From assembly GCA_032718475.1 (NCBI GenBank), contig JAUCBJ010000022.1, forward strand, positions 15,214 through 79,213: a DNA stretch of 64,000 nt, in the 5' to 3' direction. Shown piece by piece: positions 55,034 to 64,000 of the stretch. Both the position numbers and the translations under genes were made by a program. Source of the DNA: Nemertoderma westbladi. Lineage: Eukaryota; Animalia; Xenacoelomorpha. The notes below the pieces were generated by a model that did no database searches, was not told the origin of the DNA, and saw nothing but the letters and a program-made list of their open reading frames with translations. Numbering within the stretch: position 1 is the first letter of the stretch; each line of letters begins with the position of its first letter.

Positions 55034-57289
55034 CAGTCCAGCTCACCAACAGAGTGCCATCGGATCCGATCTGAACCGATCGGATCCAACAGCTTCAAAC
55101 ACTTTCAGACAAACTCCAACAGTCCAACAACTTCAAACAGATTCAGACAGTTTCAAACAGATTCAGACAGTTTCAAACAGAATCAGACAACTTCCAACAA
55201 CCTGTCAATCACTCCACCCACACTCAACCGCAACCCCAACTCAACTCCCATCTTCTTGCGCGCAGATAGAATGAAAGCGTTTGAAACTACTAAAGGATCT
55301 CCATTCATAAAGCCACAATAACGACAGAGTGGACTGGCCACTGGCGGCGCCCTTGAACATTCACACTGTAACTTAAGCTGACCTGAAGGAACAGCCCATT
55401 AGTGAGGTCGGTATTTCTCTTTATTCCTGCCGCTATCTTTGAATAACACAATAGCAGAAAGCTAACCAGTGGTCTACCCCCAATACAAGATAGACAAGTT
55501 GGCTACCATTGAAATGAATGGGGAATGGAATTCTGTGTTCACATACTAATGTTGCTTTGGGTTGGTCTAGAGCCATACAATAGAGCTTTACGGAAATATA
55601 CTTCCAAAGAGCCAAGCAGTGGCGGTATAGGTCCAAAATGCCCATGTAGAATTTCTTCGAATAAGGCTCAATTTCTTTAAGTTACATTAATTAAAATACT
55701 GATAAATATATTTTGCTTTTCGCAGGAGGGACAGTATCCCACTCTACAGTTAACATAGTGTACGTACATGTGTTAGTTATATCGTTGCGTTTATTTATAT
55801 TTATACAGGTTTGGATATGATCTCTACTAGTTTGATTTTTGTTTTGTCAATTAATTAATTGTGCGGTTAATTTGTCAATCACAGCCTTAATTGGCTACAT
55901 TGCTTATTGTATGAATGAATATAATTTAGTTATTAAGACATTATTTTAATATAGCATGGCAGTCACGTGAAAACAAGGGCCTTCACATTCCCAATTCTCT
56001 ATCTAATCTATTATGGTTGTGCGTATTGCTCAATACTACTTTATGATATTAATTCATTCACGTTTAACATTAACAGCCATACGTTTCATCAACCCCCCCC
56101 CCCCCCCCCCCCTCCCCTTCCAATGTGACAAACTATCACAATATGTTGGCGTTGGGCCCCGTCCCTACGTCCACCCTCCCTTGTGAAGGGCTAGGGGGGA
56201 CTTTCGACCCATCATTACTAAAGGGTAGTGATAATATTCAAAATAAGTTTTCCCATGTATACGTAATTGTATTCTTAAATAGGTACTTGTTTGTTCCTAA
56301 ATTCTGCCTAAATGCTGCCTTACTCAATGTTAAATAATTTATTGTTCTCGAATATTTATTTCGTAACTAGGGAACCGCTTAACTACAAACCAATATTGGA
56401 TATGGAGTTCCGTTCGAAGTTCGCCTTGCAGAGACTAAAGTTGCAATAACTTTTGAGGGTGTGAATGTAATTTACTCAAATAGGGTAGGTGCGCGAAAAA
56501 ATAGTTGGGCTAGAAGTATTACGTGCAAACCTTTTCATTTCGATGCTCTTTCAATACAACTAATAAAATTAACCAAAAATATTTTTTTCACTCATTGTAA
56601 TTATATTTACTGTTTGCGTAATCTATTTGTGTTCATATCTGTTTATGTGCAGTATTTAGTGCCCAACGTCAAAGAAACTAATATATTTATAGCATTATTT
56701 ACATTTCTAATTAAATTAAGGAATTAAAAACGTGTTGGTGTTATTATATTCATTTATCGGAATTTATATTATAGGAATTTATTATTCGTTTATGCATTCT
56801 AGTTAATTAATTGATATAATTAACGACATAATTATGTAAATAAAAATTGTTAAATGAAACAAATCTTTGTTTCGGTTTATAATTGACAATAGCACACCCT
56901 CACAATCACTTCAAATTGAGAGTTAAAGTGATTGACATTTTGTTAATGAACTACGCTTTTGTAGGGCATTGGCAAATTCCAACAAATTGCGATGGCGTCA
57001 AACATCTTCAGACAACTTCAAACAGTTTCAGACAATTTCAAACAGCTTCAGACAACTTCAAACAACTTCAGATAGCTTCCAACAACATCCAACAGAAATT
57101 TCAAACACTTTCAGACGGATTTCAGACAGATTCAGATGGGCTCCAACAGACTAAACTTGTTGGAAATATTTTCTCCAACAGAATCAAACAGTACTAAATC
57201 TCCGTAGGTTAGCATTGTGCTTGTTTGAAGCTGTCGGAGTGTGTTGGATCCGATCGGATCCGATGGCACTCTGTTGGTGAGCGGGACTG
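55034..57289. mobile_element. Non-autonomous Tc1/mariner-type DNA transposon (2256 bp)
   Basis: TIRs CAGTCCMGCTCACCAACAGAGTGCCATCGGATCCGATC; TA duplication (55032-33 and 57290-91) at the GATGTCATC-TA-GTACATATATG site, which is intact in the neighbouring tandem unit; no transposase ORF. Confidence 0.9.
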
Positions 57290-57651
57290 TAGTACATATA
57301 TGACAAGTTTCAGCGTAATCAGATCATAAACAACTAAATGGAAGAATAATTTCACATTCGGGACATTTCGCCCTCTAGCGGCAGACTGGAGAACTGCAGA
57401 CAGATTAGCCTCCTTTGAAATTTACAGCTAATGGTCTAGTACATACTTCCCAAGTTTCAGCTTAAACGGATTAAAAGCAAAGAAATGGGTGGCCATTTAA
57501 TGTTTAGACATGTGGCCCTCTAGCGGGCGACCATTGCACTGATGGTGTCTGAAAGTCTCTCAAAAATCTCAACTTTTGCTCATATTGATACCTACAAATT
57601 TTCAACTTGGCAGCTTTAAATCCGACAAAGTTATTAGCATGTCAAAATCGT

Positions 57652-57707
57652 AACAACGACGACGACGACAACGACGACGACAACGACAACGACGACGACG
57701 ACGACAA
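57652..57707. repeat. (ACG/ACA)n microsatellite
   Basis: Direct reading. Confidence 0.9.
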
Positions 57708-58149
57708 CTATTTGCATAAATTGACCCACCCCCTAACAGTGTCAATTCGCTAAGGCTCCGCCAACTTCGTGGCTCGCCCCACAAGTTTACAATACTCTAT
57801 AGGATACAACACAACAATACGTAGTTATACGGGTATAAATTTGGTACCGTACAGTAGGTATGTCGCATAAGTAATATATTACTGCTGAAATAAAACGTGC
57901 AAAGTAAAGTAACTACAAAAGATAGGAAAACAATTAAACATAAAAAATCACTATTTTAAAATTTAACACAAAAAAAAGTTTATTGGGATTGAAAAAATGA
58001 AAATAATAGGTACTGTAGCTAGATTTTAATAAAGATATCGTTGTATCCGAAAGATATCGCTTTCGCTACTGCCACTTGGCGCACAGGAGTATCACTATAT
58101 ATTCATTTTAAAGGACATTTCGCAGTCTAGTCTATTTTTCAATACAGTA

Positions 58150-58400
58150 TGCTCAATCATGGAGTACCAAGGGTATTATGTGCATTAACAACACTTTCCG
58201 GTAATGGTAAAGGATTCCAAATGTTTGCAACGCTGTCTGCAAAGTTGTTGCGTGTTAGCATTGGTGGAACGAAACTGGAAGAAATTACTTTGCTCAAATT
58301 TGTCAATCCCGTTGATAAACTTGTATGTTGTTATAAGGTCGGCTAGTACACGGCGATATATTAATGTCGGTAGTTTGAGTGCATAGTCGGTTTTCATATG
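58150..58400 (-). mobile_element. CR1-like LINE ORF2 C-terminal fragment
   Basis: LKLPTLIYRRVLADLITTYKFINGID...FF resembles the CR1-clade L.TL..RR.RGDLI..YK motif. Confidence 0.6.
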
Positions 58401-58429
58401 ACAACTCAGCCAGTGATAGTACAACTGTA

Positions 58430-58580
58430 CAAGGCGAGTGACCAGGCGAAAGCAATGTCCCGCAAAGCGGAGGCGGCTTTGTTCTAGTGTCAAGCTTGGG
58501 GGAACTAATGAGACACCTCCAACTCCAATGTTATATAGTGTCTGGTTGGAGATGTGTGCATTGTACTTGACACAGTGAAC
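58430..58580 (-). mobile_element. RTE-like LINE fragment
   Basis: HISNQTLY...SRLRFAGHCFR motif. Confidence 0.55.
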
Positions 58581-58966
58581 CTAATCAAAACAATTAGTCA
58601 ATAAACATTAACTCAATAACATAATAGGTTACAGTTTACAGTAGTCTTATTTTTGCCATACGAAAATACCACAGGTATGGGTATGAATGAACTATACAGC
58701 TATAACTCAACTACCGCTACCGCGGTATACACCGCTAAGGCAGTAAGGCTACCGCAAAGCCATACCACTACCACAAAAAGTAACTACTGATGTCTGACTG
58801 TACGTATGCGATCCCTGCTTATAATACTTATAATAATTAATTTGATCATTAAAATAATGTTGCATTGTAATTATATAATATATATGTACTGATACGGGAT
58901 GCAGTTTTGATTGAAATACCGATATACAGTATGACAGGACAGCATGGCTACACTTGGAGTTGTACT

Positions 58967-59063
58967 AAAGTCCAATATTGGACTTTGGAGTCCAAAATTG
59001 GACTTGAAGTCTTAAATTGGACTTGAAGTCCAATTTTTGACTTCTCATCTCACCGACTGCTAG
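58967..59063 (-). repeat. Second, inverted partial copy of the AGTCCAAWATTGGACT repeat
   Basis: Reverse complement matches 42717-42820. Confidence 0.65.
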
Positions 59064-59777
59064 ATAGTCAGATAGTAGATAATTATTACTGAACAGATCT
59101 GCAGATTGGTGATTGAATCAGTGAATGCAAAATGCACTAAAACCGCAATTTAATTTACCAGAACTTCTGAACTTGGCGCAATTTATCGCAACTAGCAGAC
59201 TAGCACTGACTAGGTCAGGTCTAGTTCATTAAAACTGCATTAAGTTTGTACAAATCTGGCAAATGCGGCTGAATGGCCTGGCCTGCCTGCTGCTGGTCAG
59301 CCTGTCCTGTCAGGCTCCAGACTGTAACCCTACAATCTGTTACCACAAGACATTGGTGACAGCATCAACAGATCTGCCACAGCCAATCAAATACTCATCA
59401 TATATGGGTGTCTAAACTAATCTGCCAAACAAGAACTGAAGAAGGAAAGTTAGGCTGTTACCTAACCTGACAGCATGGAATGGAGATAACCAGTGGAGCA
59501 GCCGTTATACAGACTTTATGACGACAAGATAGATAGATAGATTTATTTATACATTATGTAAAAACAATAACAAATACACCAAACAATGTACCGGTATAAA
59601 GGTATTGTCCAACATAACATATAGGATTACCCCTAAAGCTTTGCAGCTTATTTCCAAGGGGGTCCTTTATGTTACTTGGTTACAAATACAATATTACACT
59701 ACGCTAACCTAAAACCAATATAAAACGTAATTACACTATGTACATGTACAACTTTACCGAGAGCGTGACAATGTCCG

Positions 59778-59945
59778 ACTCAACGATAAAGATGTAATGT
59801 ACAGAACAATTTATTATAAAACGTAATTACAGTATAAATAGTAAATAATTAATAAACTAAGCTTAGTTTATTAATTATTTACTATTTATACTGTAATTAC
59901 GTTTTATAATAAATTGTTCTGTACATTACATCTTTATCGTTGAGT
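59778..59945. repeat. Perfect 168-bp palindrome (84-bp arms, no spacer, centre AAG|CTT at 59861/59862)
   Basis: Arms compared base by base. Confidence 0.95.
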
Positions 59946-61977
59946 ACAGTACAGAGGACAAGCTAGTACAGTACTGCAGTAAGCAAGTACACTTCAATGG
60001 CGGCCACGTTAATTGATGTTAGGGCAAGCCACTTAATATCATTGTTTGTAGTAGTGAGTGGCAAGGCAAGGTGGTTTCCTCAAAGTGGTTGGCGGCTTCC
60101 ACAAAGTGGTAGGCAGCACTCAGCTGGTCATAGCAATTAACCTTAGAGTCTTAGGTTGAGCTAATAGATTGGCTTGTTATTGGTTGTGGTAAGATCCAGC
60201 CAGATTTGTTAATATTGACTGCGTTCTGGCGTTGTAGTGAGTGTTAAGTTTATACAATAATATTTAAGGAATGGATGAATGACTGAATGAATGACGGTTA
60301 TTGAAAATAATATATAATTCTGTAATTGGTTGTATCAAACACATATGACATATCTCATTGTCAGATTGTATTATATTATACTTTTTTAAAACATGAGAAA
60401 CAAATAATAAAACGGATAATTTAAAATATTTAAATTAAAATATCTATTATTATTCTAAATATTTAAAACTTTAAATGAAATAATTAAAATAGTTTAAAGT
60501 AAATAATTAAAATAAAATTGTAAAAGCTTTTGCGTAATTAGCCGGTTATTTTCCCCGTAAAGTACTCTGTAGTTGGTTTACTGGGCATAAAAAGGCCGTG
60601 TCCTTACTGTACTGGTGTTTTAGAGGACATAAAAGCCATTTCTTCTGTATTTGTACTTTAGAGGACATAATCCGCAATTTCGGGACGCAATAAGCTCGAT
60701 ACTCTTGAAAACAGTGTCGCTACCATGACGACGGCTAACAGCTGATATTGCCACGTCGACATTTCTTTGTTTCTTTGTTCTCTCGTTGTTCGGTCGACCA
60801 ATCAGAGCGTTTTTTGTCTCTGTGTTGGAGGTGGATACAGAAACTCAGGAATTCAGTGTTATGTTTTTGCCCAGAGCCTAAGAACACCGGCTTTTGGCAC
60901 CTCCGTGTTTCAGTCTTTAGTCTTACATTAGTAGGCTTAATTATAGAACGTATATCTGTTATCAAACGAGTTAACGAGTTACCTTATCAATGCTTACTAA
61001 ACATATCATGCATATCTTACTTAACATTACTGCTTTTGCTGTCGGTTATTCATTATATTTGTTGATGGAAGATTATATTTGGAATACTGATCAATAGTCA
61101 GACACCCAACCTTCTTGATATACTAAAGGTTAGAGAGACCGGTTACAGATAAACGATTGCGACCTATGTTAAGTGGTTTGAAGTGAATCTAATGCTATTT
61201 TATAGGCCCTACATGTATTGTCTGTTATTCTCTTTGTATGTGACTAAAATTAGTGAAGGTCGGCAGATTGGTGTGCAGTATTGTGCAGCATTGTGTATGA
61301 TTGTAACTGATAACAAAGCATCTCCTAAAGAATGCGCCATATACGTGAATCTATAGCCTTTTCGTTGTGTCTAGTTTAAGTCATAACTCTGTTTACATAA
61401 TTAGAGCGCCACGTCCTAAAGGAACTGTTAATATTTCCCGAAAGTGAATAATATTTGTCAGAGATTATATATTAGGATCAGTCGAATAATACAGTAGGCT
61501 TACACCATCAATCATTAAGCTTCCGAATTCAGTCTCCCGGGTATATCCAGCGGGTGAATGATTGCGCATAGACTGGCTTCGGCTAATGTAGTGTATCAAA
61601 TACTCGTCATAGGCTAAAGACTATATATCATCTAAAAGACATCCTAATTTGGCAGGTTAAACTGTCAAAGGTCTTAAAAGCGCAAACAATAACAGATATT
61701 GCTTCTGGATTGCGGCGTAAGCAATCAAGTCGAAAGTACCGGTCGACCGGAAACCTGTAGGCCTGACTGCCTGATCCCTGATCACCCGAACCGGTATACT
61801 TACAGTACAGGTACAGCAGTATTATTCGATTTTGATTATTATATACCGGTAGGTCTTAATAATTAATCAGGGACTGCAGCCCTGGTTTTTTATTGAGATT
61901 TTACTTATTTCTGTCAAGTTTTATTTGTTTGTAGGCCAGTATTGAGCAGAAGGCGTGTAAGCCTGCTCAGATTGTAC

Positions 61978-62545
61978 AGATAATTTGTAGGCTTGACTGT
62001 TGTCTAACTGTTGGGTCTGAACGGATTGCAGTGTGTGTAGAGTCTGTCCGATAAAGTACGGTTAGGAAGTAGGGGCAGCCAGAGCTGTAAGGTCAATCCC
62101 CACCTAAAGAATAAGTCGTACTACCGTGTTAGAACGCATACTAACTAACCATTTTGGAATCTGCACATACTGTAGTTTATTTGGGCTTGATAGTAGTCTG
62201 CCAGCGTTTGGTCTGTACTTTGTTTGTGTAGTCTGTACGGGTAGCGTATAATTTTATTTAGATAATTTGTAGGCTGGATGGTTGTCTGACTGTTGTTGGG
62301 TTTGAGGAAATTTCGGTGTGTGTAGAGCATCTGTCCGATAAAGTGCTAAGTTAGGAAAGTAGGGGCTTCAAGTGCTGTGAGGTAAACCCCCTGTGAAAGA
62401 ATAAGTCGTACTACTGGGTTAGAACGCATACTAACTAATCATTTCGGAGTCTGCATATACCGTAGTTTGTTTAGGCTTGATAGTAGCCTGTCAGTATTTG
62501 GTCTGCATTTTGTTTGAGTAGTTTGTACGCGTAGCGTAATATTTA
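61978..62545. repeat. Diverged tandem duplication with a period of about 282 bp
   Basis: AGATAATTTGTAGGCT..., AAGAATAAGTCGTACTAC and GTTAGAACGCATACTAACTAA each occur twice (units start at about 61978 and 62260). Confidence 0.8.
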
Positions 62546-63892
62546 TTATTCAGAGTTTATGCTATTATTCGCAACATTCATTCCCCAAGTTTATTCCTAC
62601 AGTAATTGTGTGTGTTATACATACCGTTATAGTTAAACTAACCCCGGTACTACATCAGGGCTGCTCGGCGTAGGTAAAGACTGGAGATTTTGTGCTTTGG
62701 TCACTCCGGCAGATACCGTGGTTCTTTTAGCTGTTCAAGTATTTTTAACTACTAATTATTTGTCGTACAAGTACTTGTACCTAATTTAGGGTTTAGTGTA
62801 CAGTGCTTTCCGAAAGCAATTAGTGTGTAGGCAGTATATTTGTGTTGTAAAGTGGTTAATAGGCACGTTGGTTCTGGTAGACCGCGGTAATTAATCTCTA
62901 GGTAGGAACACTCCGTGATACATAACGTAGTACCTATAGCGATACGGTTATAGGTCGTCAGGCGGTGGTATTTTCCTATCTGTACAACGCAGTATATTTA
63001 CTACTACTTATTATTTTCAAATACCGTAGTAACCTGTCTGTTGTAATAACCAGATATTCTAACCCTTTGTTAGGCTGGTTAGTAGACTTCTTGTAAAATT
63101 ACCCTAAAAATTTGTATTTGTGTATTTGTAATTAAGTTTTTTGTGTTTATTTAGAGATTGTAATCTCAACCCGAATTGTACATAATTTGTAGTATTAAGT
63201 AACTTAGGTAAATTAGAATTATTTGTTTTAGTGTCCAACAAGTAGCACTCCACTGAGAGCGCACAGCTTCTGTGTAGTGACTCCCCCCAGAAATAATAAC
63301 ATTTATTTCAAACATTGACAAAACCCATTAAACGGGTAGATATATATTATAAATCAACTCAAACGATTTATAAATAGTAGGCCTGCCATATAACAATTAG
63401 GTCTCAATATCAGTTGGACTACTGCTTAAATAACGGCAATAAAGTAAGTTAAAGTAACCAAGTAACCCTTAAAATTCAGAAATTCAATTATTTAAAATAA
63501 TTGATATACCGGTATTTACAATAGGCTTATTTATCTTTATTTTCATAAACTTAGGCTGAAATCATACCGGTATTCTGCAATTAATTCTAGTCCAGAATTA
63601 TACTTATATAGAGTTATATATACTATAAGTAGGCTGTATACCGGTATTCACGATAGGCCTATTATATATTTATATATTTGTGCTAAAATTATACCGGTAT
63701 TCTGTAACAAACCTAGTCTGTAATAATACTTATATATATACTATAAGCATACCGGTATTCTAATATATTATATATATCACGCTACACTGAGTAGCAGTAT
63801 CGGTAATTAATTGTTAGGCTAACAGTGATACTGAATTACTAGACTTGCTTTAACTGTAATATAGCAGTAGGCATTCAACTATACAATCAAAC

Positions 63893-64000
63893 ATGGCTGA
63901 CACAAGGCAAACTCTGTCAGATAGTCTCCTAGAAACAACAGCCTGTTTCTCAGATCAAAGTGTAGAGAATCCCAGACCGAGGTCTGAAACCCCTCATACT
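63893..64000 (+). CDS. Possible ORF start (MADTRQTLSDSLLETTACFSDQSVENPRPRSETPHT...) running off the window; product unknown
   Basis: AAACATGG start context and 36 open codons after AT-rich sequence; no recognisable motif. Confidence 0.2.
   Translation, partial: MADTRQTLSDSLLETTACFSDQSVENPRPRSETPHT

Larger units (their letters stand above)
53965..57785 (+). mobile_element. Helentron/DINE-1-like non-autonomous element with central ~146-bp tandem repeats (292-bp dimer) and an (ACG/ACA)n microsatellite, interrupted by 55034-57289
   Basis: Units carry GCCCTCTAGCGGC and CAAGTTTCAGC; 292-bp period (54451 vs 54743); short subterminal inverted motif CACGAAGT / ACTTCGTG; microsatellite at 57652-57707. 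The classification is an inference from architecture. Confidence 0.55.

Noticed and set aside
59325-59460. Possible Gypsy LTR end plus PBS (ACA-TTGGTGACAGC)
   Set aside because: No second LTR or intact gag is visible; too weak to call.

Overview
Eukaryotic (animal, probably invertebrate) genomic DNA. Positions 1-37066 are one tandem array of a 38-bp unit with 30-bp and 32-bp variants, roughly 1,000 units estimated from length. To its right is a spliced minus-strand FAM53-family gene with coding exons 40220-40137, 39752-39692, 38405-37810 and 37136-37050. The main observation is that the last visible exon runs directly into the array. On the gene's sense strand the repeat unit is that exon's own exon/intron junction (CAGATACGCAATCACAG|GTGAGTGCGGGTAAGGGCAAA), so the array is hundreds of tandem consensus 5' splice sites, probably inside an intron of more than 37 kb. 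The rest of the window is transposon-rich: a full-length but disrupted Bel/Pao LTR retrotransposon (43562-52449, TSD GTTGG), LINE fragments, MITEs, a Helentron-like element with CTCF-like tandem repeats that is interrupted by a Tc1/mariner-type element, and a perfect 168-bp palindrome. All calls are by eye; no database searches were run.
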